NCBI RefSeq assembly: GCF_902713615.1
Contig: NC_052154.1
Span: 91,705,030-91,769,029 of the forward strand
Origin: Scyliorhinus canicula
Taxonomy: Eukaryota
Reading direction: 5' to 3'
Length of the DNA stretch: 64,000 bases
Shown here piece after piece: positions 23,701 through 36,451 of the stretch. Under the pieces are notes generated by a model. It was not told where the DNA came from. It made no database searches and saw only the letters and a program-made list of their open reading frames with translations. A program made the position numbers and the translations under genes. How positions within the stretch are numbered: position 1 is the stretch's first letter; every line of letters starts with the position of its first letter.

Positions 23701-26700
23701 TCTATGATAAGGGCATAAGACTTTGGAGCTGAATTAGGGCATTCAGCCCATCGAGTCTGCTCTGCCATTGAACCATTTTTTCAAATACGTTTTTTATTGA
23801 CTTCCATTTTTACACTGTACAGAAGATGATTGAAACGGTTATTACTTACAATTGACATGCAGTTCCCTTTTTGGCACACCCTCCCCATGAGAGAGTTGAG
23901 TATTCTATCTAAGATCTTCCAGATTAGTCGAGGTTGTAAGTGACCAGACACGGTCTTATAAATATCTAAAGTTAGGCTTGCTATATGGGAGTTCTAATTA
24001 TAGTATACACAGTGTGCCTTGTGTTCACTACCTTCAGTGTACAGGTTAGACTATGACTTAGATGCTATCTTTTCCTTAACGTCAATTAAATATTTCTAAT
24101 TCCTGAGAGCCTGGCATGGGCAAGTAACCCTTCAGATAGCCTCAAAGGATGAGAATATGATGAGTCATTTTAAATGTCACTTTTATTTATTAAAATAGAC
24201 AAGGATCTGTATGGTAAAATACATATGTAATTTATTTAAAGGAAAAAGTAATACAAGTGTTTTGATAAATTATACAGTTTGATAAATGCAGGATATGTGA
24301 CGAGTTAGCCTATGAACTCCTTAAATACATAATTGCTCAAGGTATAAACGTTTCATACTTACAATGACTAGTAGTCTCAGAGTTTGATAATCAAGAGCAG
24401 AACTCTCCGAGTCAAGATAGCAGCCTGTCAAATAAACACCCAGTAATCCCCTAAACAGCTCTCCAAGCGAAACTCTAACTTTCGTAGCTTTTGCTTAAAT
24501 ATTTATATCCTTTTCTTACTTCGGGAGTTTCAATCCCCAATTATTTCGAGACAAAGTACAATCTCTCTTTTGGTCGGCAAGACCTTGGTTTCTAAGGAGG
24601 TCTAACAAGACACTAGATATGAGGTTGATACTTCCAGTGGCTATCTCTACAAAATCACCAGCCTCCCTTCCTTTATTTGGCACACCCTCCCCACCCGCTC
24701 CCCATGTCCTCCCCCCAGCCTCCGCTCGCACCTCCCCTTTCCTGTTAACTTCAGGCCCTGTCTGAAGCCCTTTCCGCCACCATAGATGGATTATCTATCG
24801 CTGCCAAGTATTCTCTTTTTTGCTCATTTAGTGTCTTTGGGGGCCCATGAGTATCTCCATCAGCACCTGGGTCTGCGCTTAGAACTCCATGGGGATGGCC
24901 ATTCCATTTCTGTGTCACCTCATGTTGCCATCGGCTACGAGGCTAAAGAATCTCTCCCCACATCCTTGCTGGTGTTACTTGTGGGCAGATGGCTCGAATC
25001 CATTTTCCTTTTTCTGATTTTTCTTTGGTGTAGTCAGCAGGGTTAGGCTGGTAGGGGAGGGGTGTGGGGCAGATTCTGGATAGCTTTGTCACCCGTACGA
25101 TGTGGTTAAAAGTTTAGTTTTAAAGTTTTCATACTGGAGTTGTCTTGCGTGCGATCGCAGAGCACATGACCGTCCCGGGAGCCTGCTTTCCTTTTACACA
25201 AACCAAGCAACAGTTCCGTTCCTCAATCTACTCTCTTTTTTCTCTCTCCCTTTTTCATTAGTTTAGTTTACTTTTCTTCCCTTTCTCTCAGGGAGAGGTT
25301 CGTGAACTTGGTCTTCCTGGTCAAGCTGGCGTGCCTGGGTTTGATCTCTGCACTGGTACACCTGGCACCGTGAGAGCTTGCCTAAGCCACATTTGCTTGC
25401 TCCTCTGCTCCCTCGCCACAATCATTGGGTCCCCAACTCCACGGCCAGTTTTACTGCTTCAGATTTTTTCCCACCAAATTATTATTTTTTCCATCGATCG
25501 GTGTGGTAGTCACCACTAACTGTATATTAGATGTAGTAACTATATATTAGATTTAGTTTGGTAAGGCTCCTGTACGAGAGGTACAGGGGTAAATCCCTGC
25601 CTGCTGGCTCCACCCAGTAGGCGGCTGATAAATGTGTGTGCTCACCGGAGCTGCTCCCATTCTGGCAGCAGCTGCAGGAAGCCACACATCTCAGCTCAAT
25701 GAAGCCTTGATTATTCTCTATTCTCGTCTTTGTAGTAACTGATCGTGCATCAATCGGACAGATGATCCAGAAGTGCTGTAACCTGCAGAATAGCCACCCA
25801 GGATGTGACCGGTACCCCATGCCCCGCACCGGAAGTGCAACTGATGTTTAAATTTGGAGGAAATATATGTTAAGGTCTCTCGTATAGTGCAATAGTAGTG
25901 TCTGGGAATGAATAGCATTTTAAGTTGGAAAGGCTATGGGAAAACAAATCCATTTTTTCACGTTGCTGGTTCAGTTTTACGGGGTGCATTAAGAATGAAA
26001 GAAATTGTCATTTTTATGGTGTATATTTTTAAGTAATGTTATTTAAACCTGGATTGAGATGAATGCAGATAGGGCGACTGCTAAATTTGTGTTTGAGGTG
26101 CCGTAAAAGTGAGGTATCAACTTATTTGCAGGTGAGTTGTTCTGCTAATAGATCTTGAGTAGCATATATTTGTCGAGAGCTCGCTGCTGGAACATTGTGT
26201 ACGTCTGAAAGACACGTGGGGTATAGATCATTTTTAGTCCTGTCTGAAGATGTCCAGTGACATCTTGTAATGAGCACAAAATAATGCCTTTGCTTTGCAT
26301 ACAGATGATGTAGTGAATGGCAGAAGCCAGGTGTGTCTGAAAAGTCAGTTGGTCCGAGAAATCTAACGTGTACAGAAGTGTTTCAGTTTGGTCTGCAAAG
26401 GTTCTCTCTTCAAAGAAAAACAATTCAGAACCTAGTTGTTATCTTTATTCGTATGTGGTATTTGAAATATAATGGCATTGCTCAATTGAAATAGAGTGAC
26501 AGGGTTATGAAGTAAATGAGGTCTTTTCTTTTACTTATGAATTGTTGAAACTGTTAACTGCAAAGCTATTTATTTGTTATTAATTTCTTTAATTCTGTCT
26601 TTACATTAAAGTTTGCTTTGACACTCAAAATACCTATTGGCTAATGTTATCACACTTGTGGTGCAGTACAATTTCCTCATTGTTTCAAAAATTGAAAATA

Positions 26701-29700
26701 GTCGGCTTCTCGTTTGGGGTCCTAACAGTGAATGCTGGGAGATGTTTTCCACTGGCAAGGGAGACTCGTGCTTAATGGCAAAGAGGGGTGGGGTCGGGGA
26801 GGGGGGTCAGGCTGAAATGAGCAAAATTCTCCCAGCAAAGGGCAGCACAATGGAGCAGTGGGTTAGCACAGTGCATTCGGCGCTGAGGGCCCAGGTTCGA
26901 TCCGGCTCTCGGTCACTCTCTGTGTGGAGATTGCACAGGAGGACATAGAACAGTACAGAACAGTACAGGCCCTTTGGCCCACGATGTTTTGACGACCATT
27001 TATCCCAATCTCAGATCAATCTAACCTACACCCCTTCAATTTACTGCTGTCCATGTGCCTGTCCAAGAGTTGCTTATAAGTCCCGAATGACTCTAACTCC
27101 ACCACCTCCTCTGGCAGTACATTCCACGCACCCACCTCTGACATCTCCCCTATACCTTCCTCCAATTACCATAAAATTATGTCAATTCCTGACAGCCATT
27201 TCCGCCCTGGGGAAATGTCTATGGCTATCCACTCTGTCCATGCCTCTCATCACCTTGTGCACCTCTATCAAGTCACCTCTCTTCCTTCTTCGCTCTTTTC
27301 AGAAAAGCCCTAGCTCCCTCAACCTTTCTTCATAAGACATGCTCCCCAGTGCAGGCAGCATCCTTGTAAATCTCCTCTGTACCCTCTCCCAAGCATCCAC
27401 AGCTTCTCTATAATGAGGCAACCAGAACTGGACACAACATTCCAAGTGTGGTCTAATCAGAGATTTATAAAGCTGCAGCAAATCCTCGCCGCTCTTAAAA
27501 TCAATCCCCTGTTAATGGAAGCCAACATACCATATGCCATCTGAATAACCCTATCAACCTGGGATATGGGTTTTGAGGGATCTATGTTCATGGACCCCAA
27601 GATCCCTCTCTTCCTCCACCCTTCCAAGAATCTTGTCTTTAACCCTTATTCAGCATTCAAATTCGACCTTCCAAAATGAATCACTTCACATTTATCAAAG
27701 CTGAACACTATCTGCCACTTTTCAGCCCAGCTCTGCATCCTGTCAATATCCTGTTGTAACCTGAAACAGCCCTCAACACTATCTACAACTCCCCCAACCT
27801 TTGTGTCATCGGGAAACTTATTAACCCACCCTTTCACTTCCTCATTTAAATAATTTATAAAAATCATAAAGAGGTGAGATCTCAGACTAGATCCCTGCAG
27901 GACACCACTGGTCACCAAACTCCAGGTGGAATACTTTCCATCCACTAGCACTCGCTGTCTTCTTTTGGCCAGCCAATTCTGTATCCAGATAGCCACATTT
28001 CCCTGTATCCCATGCTCCTTACTTTCTGAATGAGCCTACCATGGGGAACCTTATCAAATGCCTCATTGAAATCGATACACACCACATCCACTGCCAGACC
28101 TCCATCAATGTGTCTTGTCACATCCTCAAAGACTTCAATGAGGCTTGTGAGGCATGACCTGCCCCATACACAGCTATGCTGACTATCTTTCATCAAACTA
28201 TGTCTTTCTAAATAATCATAAATCCTATCTCTTAGAATCCTTTCCAATATTTTGCTCACCACAGACCTAAGACTGACGGGTCTGCAATTCCCAGGTATTT
28301 CCTTATTCCCTTTCTTGAACAGGGGAAAAACATTCGCTTCCCTCCAATCATACTGTACTACTCCAGCGGAGAGTGAGGACCGCAAAGATCATGGCCAATG
28401 GTGCAGCAGTCTGCTCCCTCGTTTCCCATAGTAACCTTGGGTATATCCCATCAGACCCAGGGGACGTATCCTGATGCTTTTCAAAACTTACAGCAAATCC
28501 TCCTTCTTAATATCAACCTGTTCGAGTCTATTAACCTGGTTCACACTGTTCTCGTGAGCAACAACGTTGTAGTGAATACTGAAGAAAAATATTCATTTCG
28601 GGCCTCCTCATCTCCTCAGACTCTAGGCACAAATTTCTACTCTCACTCTGATCAACTTCTTTCTCACGTAAGTGTATACCGCCTTAGGGTTTTCCCTAAT
28701 CCTTCCCACCAGTGCTTCTCCGTGCCCCCTTATAGCTCTCCTCAGTCCTTCCCCGCTACCTTGTAACCCTCTAGAGCCCTGCCAGGTGTTTGCTTCCTCA
28801 ACCTTACAATTGGTGTAATGTGTATGTGCAGCTGCAGCTTCTCGGCATCCCGAGTGTCAATCACGGACCTGGTGAATCCCGCACTGTTTTTCATTGGAAT
28901 CGATTGTGATCCACGCGGCACCGATGCCAGCCCTTTAATAGTCGCAGAATCAGTGCAGGTGCAGCACCGATATTTCTGTCGCAAAATCCCATGGATTCTC
29001 CATTGACGTGAACATTTTGTTTCAGAAACGGAGAATCCAGCCCTGCGTCTTTGAGAGGAAAATATTTTCAATCTGTTGTGGTTCTAACTGTCAGATGGAT
29101 CAAGCCTCCATATCTCGGGTTAGAGATGGAACCCGCCTGTCCTGATGCCGAATGAAGAATTACTACCTTCCCCTTTACGGTGCTGGCCATTATACTGTTC
29201 AGTCTCTTTGATATTCCGCTCTGGATTCAGCTGTCTGCCTCACTCAAATTATTTGCCTTCCGAAGTTATAATTTGTATAACCCCCCTGATATCTGTTAAA
29301 CAATGTTTATAATACGGCCATTCGCACCTCAGCCTTAGGCTCTTGGTAATCTTGTTACTTTTCTGTTATCTTATTTCAATCTCAAATTGACTAGTAATTT
29401 CGTTAACTTCGCATTTTCTGCACACCTTGTTCCAATTTCATTTGATTTTAAGACGAAACGATAACCGGTTAGAGGTTTTTAACTTCATAAAAGACATAAA
29501 AGGGTAGGCATGACGTAGATATTTACACACATGGACGAAAAAATAACTCAAATCCATAAATATAAGATAGATGCTATTCCAGGCCCGAGGAACCTCTTTA
29601 TGGAGAGAGTTTTTATGACGTGCAATTTATCACCACAATTAATAGCTGGCACCAGATGCAGTGAGCCGGAAGCTCGAAAGAATACGAGGTAGAAATAAAG

Positions 29701-30185
29701 GTCAGGGTGGTCTTGATGTTTGGTGCAGAACGCTGGGAGGGAACTTCTGGGGAGCCTAAACACTGGATTAGACTGATGCAGAACGCTAGGAGGAAATTTG
29801 TGTGGAGCATAAAGCTGGGCTAGACCTTTTGTTTCTCTTCAATAAAATAGTATGTACGTTGAAATGTTAAAACATCTGCCAAAGCGATCCAACCAGATAG
29901 TCTTATTGTATGCCTTCAAACCACACTCGCGTCCACAGTTTCCTTCGTTCTAATTTGAAGGCTGTGATAATGAAAACAGTATTTCCATTTTTACAAGAAT
30001 TGGTGATTTCAAGAATATGCACCAGTCATTATGATAGAATCTTACTGCAATCACATCTCCTTCTGCATCCTCCCCGTTCCAATCAATTGAAATACAGTCT
30101 GCATTCAGCCTGCTGCGTAAAGTTTGCATAACGATTGGGCCATAGGACGGCCAGCCCACGCGTATCTGCAACATTACTGGATATT

Positions 30186-30533
30186 AGAACATAGAACAGT
30201 ACAGCACAGAACAGGCCCTTCGGCCCTCAATGTTGTGCCGAGCCATGATCACCCTACTCAAACCCACGTATCCACACTATACCCGTAACCCAACAACCCC
30301 CCCCCCTTAACCATACTTTTATTAGGACACTACGGGCAATTTAGCATGGCCAATCCACCTAACCCGCACATCTTTGGACTGTGGGAGGAAACCGGAGCAC
30401 CCGGAGGAAACCCACGCACACAGGGGGAGGACGTGCAGACGCCACACAGACAGTGACCCAGCCGGGAATCGAACCTGGGACCCTGGAGCTGTGAAGCATT
30501 TATGCTAACCACCATGCTACCCTGCTGCCCCCA
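30186..30533 (-). mobile_element. Young SINE in 3'UTR of module A, proximal-copy-specific
   Basis: TSD atatt at 30181-30185 and 30534-30538; empty site at about 14360. Confidence 0.92.
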
Positions 30534-30546
30534 ATATTGGTGGTGC

Positions 30547-30696
30547 TCACGCAATGCAGGATCTTTCGCTTGGTTTGTTTATGTTGACCACTGCGTACTC
30601 CACTCGACTTTTACCCGCTTTCCTACTTGCCCCAGTTTGGACATCGGTGACATCCAACGACGCATAAATCAGGTTACCGTCAATTCCGTGCTTTAT
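30547..30696 (-). CDS. Terminal coding exon with ITIMs LIYASL and VEYAVV (module A)
   Basis: Acceptor ttttcacAG, phase 0. Encodes IKHGIDGNLIYASLDVTDVQTGASRKAGKSRVEYAVVNINKPSERSCIA*. The first Ile completes the ITSM TEYAQI. Confidence 0.85.
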   Translation of the reverse strand: MKHGIDGNLIYASLDVTDVQTGASRKAGKSRVEYAVVNINKPSERSCIA

Positions 30697-30834
30697 CTGT
30701 GAAAATAACAATGGCATTTCAGTAGCAGCTGTTACTCAGATTAATTATTTAAATGTTTGATTGCATATTACTGAGATCAGAGTTGTGTCAGGGCGGCCCT
30801 GGTTGGAATGGATTTTTATATTACTTGGTCGTAC

Positions 30835-30945
30835 CTGAGCATATTCGGTGCTCTTTTTCCCTTGTCCCGGTTTCCCAGTTTCCCCCTGTTCTCTGAAGTT
30901 GATATCAGCGTATATTGGATTCCCCGTCTTTGTTCCGTGCAAACT
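30835..30945 (-). CDS. Cytoplasmic exon 2 with PIYADI and TEYAQ(I) motifs (module A)
   Basis: Acceptor ctctccccAG, donor CAG|GTACGA, 111 nt, phase 0-0. Encodes SLHGTKTGNPIYADINFREQGETGKPGQGKKSTEYAQ. Confidence 0.85.
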
Positions 30946-31175
30946 CTGGGGAGAGAGTTTGAAGAAATACTGCCAATATATTTAATCCCAAAAATGAAAG
31001 GGCAAAATCCCCCCAAATAATACATAGATCGAGTGAGTTTAATTCCTCCCGTAGATCAGGCATGTAAGTAACTTTACCCCTCTTATAATATTCTTATGAA
31101 GGATATCCAGGACAACTTCTCAAATAGTGTCATTTATTTGAATATTCGTTCACAATCTGTGTTGACAGGACTCAT

Positions 31176-31520
31176 GGCAGCAGGGTAGCATGGTGGTTAG
31201 CATAAATGCTTCACAGCTCCAGGGTCCCAGGTTCGATTCCCGGCTGAGTCACTGTCTGTGTGGAGTCTGCACGTCCTCCCCCTGTGTGCGTGGGTTTCCT
31301 CCGGGTGCTCCGGTTTCCTCCCACAGTCCAAAGATGTGCGGGTTAGGTGGATTGGCCATGCTAAATTGCCCGTAGTGTCCTAATAAAAGTAATGTTAAGG
31401 GGGGTTTGGGTTACGGGTATAGGGTGGATACGTGGGGTTGAGTAGGGTGATCATGGCTCGGCACAACATTGAGGGCCGAAGGGCCTGTTCTGTGCTGTAC
31501 TGTTCTATGTTCTATATTCT
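31176..31520 (+). mobile_element. Young SINE, proximal-copy-specific
   Basis: Empty site gactcatgctgctgg at about 15000; full head, body and (ctatgtt) tail. Confidence 0.9.
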
Positions 31521-31882
31521 GTGCTGCTCGAATGGCCACGGACTCGCGCATGCGTTACTGAACAGTGAATGTATTTATTAATTTAATTAATTAATTTATT
31601 GTCACTCCTATCCAGCTCCAGTGAAATGTAGTTTTCTGCTCATGGTCCACGCAGATCGCTCCATACATGAAAACATACAACAGTTGGGGGATTGAGTTTC
31701 GGAGTCACAAGGTCATGCTGCAGCTGTACATAACTCTGGTGCGGCGGCTCCTGGAGTACTGCGTGCAGTTCTGGTCACCACATTATAGGAAGGATGTGGA
31801 TACTTTGGAAAGGGTTCAGAGGAGATTTACTAGGATGTTGCCTGGTATGGAGGGAATGTCTTAGGAGGAGAGGCTCAGGGAC

Positions 31883-34059
31883 TGAGCTGGGGGAAGGGCA
31901 ATTATGATGTCATTAGACATGACTTAGGATGTGTTGGTTGGAGAAGTAGGCTGCAAGGGTTGGGCACACTGGATATGTGGAGCTTGTTCAAGGAACAGCT
32001 ATTGCATGTTCTTGATAAGTACGTACCAGTCAGGCAGGGAGGAAGGGGTCGAGCGAGGGAACCGTGGTTTACCAAAGAAGTGGAATCTCTTGTTAAGAGG
32101 AAGAAGGAGGCCTATGTGAAGATGAGGCGTGAAGTTTCAGTTGGGGCGCTTGATAGTTACAAGGAAGCGAGGAAGGATCTAAAGAGAGAGCTGAGACGAG
32201 CAAGGAGGGGACATGAGAAGTCTTTGGCAGGTAGGATCAAGGAAAACCCAAAAGCTTTCTATAGGTATGTCAGGAATAAAAGAATGACTAGGGTAAGAGT
32301 AGGGCAAGTCAAGGACAGTGGTGGGAAGTTGTGTGTGGAGGCTGAGGAGATAAGCGAGATACTAAATGAATACTTTTCGTCAGTATTCACTCAAGAAAAA
32401 GATAATATTGTGGAGGAGAATGCTGAGACCCAGGCTATTAGAATAGATGGCATTGAGGTGCGTAAGGAAGAAGTGTTGGCAATTCTGGACAAGGTGAAAA
32501 TAGATAAGTCCCCGGGGCCGGATGGGATTTATCCTAGGATTCTCTGGGAAGCCAGGGAAGAGATTGCTGAGCCTTTGGCTTTGATTTTTAGGTCATCATT
32601 GGCTACAGGAATAGTGCCAGAGGACTGGAGGATAGCAAATGTGGTCCCTTTGTTCAAGAAGGGGAGTAGAGATAACCCCGGTAACTATAGGCCGGTGAGC
32701 CTAACGTCTGTGGTGGGTAAAGTCTTGGAGAGGATTATAAAAGATACGATTTATAATCATCTAGATAGGAATAATATGATTAGGGACAGTCAGCATGGTT
32801 TTGTGAAGGGTAGGTCATGCCTCACAAACCTTATCGAGTTCTTTGAGAAGGTGACTGAACAGGTGGACGAGGGTAGAGCAGTTGATGTGGTGTATATGGA
32901 TTTCAGTAAAGCGTTTGATAAGGTTCCCCACGGTCGGCTATTGTAGAAAATACGGAGGCTGGGGATTGAGGGTGATTTAGAGATGTGGATCAGAAATTGG
33001 CTAGTTGAAAGAAGACAGAGAGTGGTGGTTGATGGGAAATGTTCAGAATGGAGTTCAGTTACGAGTGGCGTACCACAAGGATCTGTTCTGGGGCCGTTGC
33101 TGTTTGTCATTTTTATAAATGACCTAGAGGAGGGCGCAGAAGGATGGGTGAGTAAATTTGCAGACGACACTAAAGTCGGTGGAGTTGTAGACAGTGCGGA
33201 AGGATGTTGCAGGTTACAGAGGGACATAGATAAGCTGCAGAGCTGGGCTGAGAGGTGGCAAATGGAGTTTAATGTGGAGAAGTGTGAGGTGATTCACTTT
33301 GGAAAGAATAACAGAAATGTGGAATATTTGGCTAATGGTAAAATTCTTGGTAGTGTGGATGAGCAGAGGGATCTCGGTGTCCATGTACATAGATCCCTGA
33401 AAGTTGCCACCCAGGTTGATAGGGTTGTGAAGAAGGCCTATGGTGTGTTGGCCTTTATTGGTAGAGGGATTGAGTTCCGGAGCCATGAGGTCATGTTGCG
33501 GTTGTACAAAACTCTAGTACGGCCGCATTTGGAGTATTGCGTACAGTTCTGGTCGCCTCATTATAGGAAGGACGTGGAAGCTTTGGAACGGGTGCAGAGG
33601 AGATTTACCAGGATGTTGCCTGGTATGGAGGGAAAATCTTATGAGGAAAGGCTGATGGACTTGAGGTTGTTTTCGTTAGAGAGAAGAAGGTTAAGAGGTG
33701 ACTTAATAGAGGCATACAAAATGATCAGAGGGTTAGATAGGGTGGACAGCGAGAGCCTTCTCCCGCGGATGGAGGTGGCTAGCACGAGGGGACATAGCCT
33801 TAAATTGAGGGGTAATAGATATAGGACAGAGGTCAGAGGTGGGTGTTTTACGCAAAGAGTGGTGAGGCCGTGGAATGCCCTACCTGCAACAGTAGTGAAC
33901 ACGCCAACATTGAGGGCATTTAAAAATTTATTGGATAAGCATATGGATGATAAGGGCATAGTGTAGGTTAGATGGCCTTTAGATTTTTTCCATGTCGGTG
34001 CAACATCGAGGGCCGAAGGGCCTGTACTGCGCTGTATCGTTCTATGTTCTATGTTCTAT
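31883..34059 (+). mobile_element. Young 5'-truncated CR1 (2.18 kb) nested in an older CR1
   Basis: TSD gact at 31879-31882 and 34060-34063. ORF2 31960-33966 is continuous except for one TAG at 32944-32946. RT motifs VPQGSVLGP and KFADDTK; (ctatgtt)n tail. Confidence 0.95.
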
Positions 34060-34477
34060 GACTTGAGGTTGTTTTTGCTAGATAGGAGAAGGCTGAGAGG
34101 TGAATTAGTAGAGACATATAAGATAGAGGGTTAGATAGGCTGGACAGTGAGAGTCTCTTTCCACGGACGGTGATGACCAACACGAGGGGACATAGCTTTA
34201 AATTTAGAGGTAGTAGATATAGGACAGATGTCAGAGGCAGTTTCTTTACTCAGAGAGTAGTAGGGGTTTGGAACGCCCTGCCTGCAACAGTAGTAGACTC
34301 GCCAACTTGAAGGGCATTTAAGTGGTCACTGGATAGACATATGGATGAAAATGGAATAGTGTAGGTCAGATAGGCTTCAAATGGTTTCACAGGTCGGCGC
34401 AACATCGAGGGCCGAAGGGCCCGTACTGCGCTGTAATGTTCTATGTTCTATACTATAATAACGGTTATAAAAGATAC

Positions 34478-34740
34478 ACATCCTCCCCGTGTGCGTGGGT
34501 TTCCTCCGGGTGCTCCGGTTTCCCCCCACAGTCCAAAGATGTGCGGGTTAGGTTGATTGGCCATGCTAAATTGCCCTTAGTGTCCTAAAAAATAAGTTTA
34601 ATTGGGTGGGGGTGGGGGGGGGGGGGGGGGCTACTGGTACAGGGTAGATACGTTGGCTTCAGTGGGGTGATCATTGCTCGGCACAACATCTAGGGACGAA
34701 GGGCCTGTTCTGTGCTGTACTGTTCTATGTTCTATGTTCT
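34478..34740 (+). mobile_element. 5'-truncated SINE with poly(G) tract, proximal-copy-specific
   Basis: Empty site ggttataaaatatatagc at about 15770. Confidence 0.85.
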
Positions 34741-35328
34741 ATATAGCAAGGGAATCTGGCGGTGAGAGCTCACTGAGAGTCGCTACGCTTCGGCGCCATC
34801 TAAGACGACAGAAAAATCCAGCTGCAGCATTTTGTTTTCTTTTGGTCTTTTTGATCTTAGTCCGACATCACAGCATTTCTCTATTTGATTACTTGAGAAG
34901 GTCACTTTTTCTGCAGTGGCCCTGGGGCCAGTAAAGTGTCGTTGCATCTGTCAGCGAACAACGCTGCGCAGCACTCAAGGTTGTTGCAATGGCCATTGGA
35001 AAGGATATCGGTTGATCAGAGAATGGACCTGGCTGTGTCTCCTCTGATGAGTGATTGAGCTCTCAACCGTCATTAAAAAACGCCAACAGCAGCAATGCTG
35101 TCTACGAGGCGATCTTAGACTCGGGTATCATTATTGTTCTGACTGGTCATCGACTACACTTCATATTAGAGGAAGGCATTGAGGATACAATCAACTCAGG
35201 TTTTTTTTTGGCCACGTGTTCCTTTCGCAGCAGCACTCTGTCCCAAACATGTCAGCATAACTACCGTGTAAGTGTTCATTGAATTGAAATAGCAGCCTAT
35301 GTCGCAATCGTATTCCCCTGAAACTGAC

Positions 35329-35372
35329 CTGTTCATCAAACTGGTCGGTCATGTCTTCCGTAATCGCCCGGT
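35329..35372 (-). CDS. Cytoplasmic exon 1 (module A)
   Basis: Acceptor ttttttctgatAG, donor CAG|GTCAGT, 44 nt, phase 1-0. Encodes (D)RAITEDMTDQFDEQ and bridges the phase-1 TM exon to the phase-0 tyrosine-motif exon. Confidence 0.75.
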
Positions 35373-36120
35373 CTATCAGAAAAAAATGAAATTACGTTCA
35401 TGATCAAGTTCATCAGGTGCCCGCCAGAAAATACTCAATATTCGAGTATTGTGACCGGACTCATCATCAGCAGAACCCTAGCATCCGCTCCCACTGGTGG
35501 ATGAGATGGGAACCGCGCTCCAACAGAACGCGCAGTGTTACATGCAAAACAAAATGCCGCACGTGCTTGAAATATGAAATAAAAACACAAAATGCTGAAA
35601 ACATTTGTATTTATTTCAAAGGAGTTTCTCTCTTCATACCGTCTGTCAGAACCAACATAGGTTAGGCTTTATATGTGGAGGTAAAAATAGTTACCGTTGC
35701 AGATCCGGCTTCTCACCCAATGTCATCGACCTAAAACTTTAACTCTCCTTTATCTCGACAGATACCATCGGACCTTCCGAATTTATCCAGCTTTTTTTTA
35801 ACTTTGAATAGTCCGTTTTGAATTATAAATTCTGGATGAAGATTTCTGCATAGGGTTTCTGCTCCTCCAAGCTCAGTGCAATGTTTGCGGCATATTATGT
35901 ATATAATTCGCATCTTCACCTTCAGTCATAGCCAAGAACAAAAGCAAGAACTGTTCGTAGCTACTGAACCTATTTGGATGTGTATTTCCAATTTAGATCC
36001 TGTCCTCGTCAGAACACTGGGTCCCAACAGGGCAAACTCTCTGACAGCAATAGACACTGCTCTCGAAATCTGGATCCCAGTCAGCACCATTTAAACTGGC
36101 CCCTGCCATAGTATTACATT

Positions 36121-36270
36121 AAGAAGTCTTACAACACCAGGTTAAAGTCCAACAGGTTTGTTTCAAACACTGGCTTTCGGAGCACTGCTCCTTCCTCAGG
36201 TGAATCTTTAACCTGGTGTTGGAAGATTTCTTACTGTGCTCATCCCAGTCCAACGCCGGCATCTCCACAT
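36121..36270. mobile_element. 150-bp Penelope-derived short element (proximal copy)
   Basis: Same element as 17158-17307; minus strand reads cac CTGAGGA aggagcagtgctcc GAAA gcca gtg. Confidence 0.65.
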
Positions 36271-36334
36271 CATAGCATTACATTGCATCTGGACGGAAGA
36301 TGCCTGTTGTGAATCAGGAAGTGTCACATCTTAC

Positions 36335-36451
36335 CATCAGATTTGCATGGCATTACGAGAATCGTCAGTGTCACCATCATCACTAACATGACTAATCCAC
36401 CTGCTGCAAAGCCAACCAGAAGGGCAGAGGGGAAATTCTCTTCTGGCTTAT
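36335..36451 (-). CDS. Transmembrane exon (proximal module A)
   Basis: Acceptor ttttctgtctcgtttAG, donor GAT G|GTAAG, 117 nt, phase 1-1. Encodes (D)KPEENFPSALLVGFAAGGLVMLVMMVTLTILVMPCKSD, an uncharged hydrophobic helix. Confidence 0.88.
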
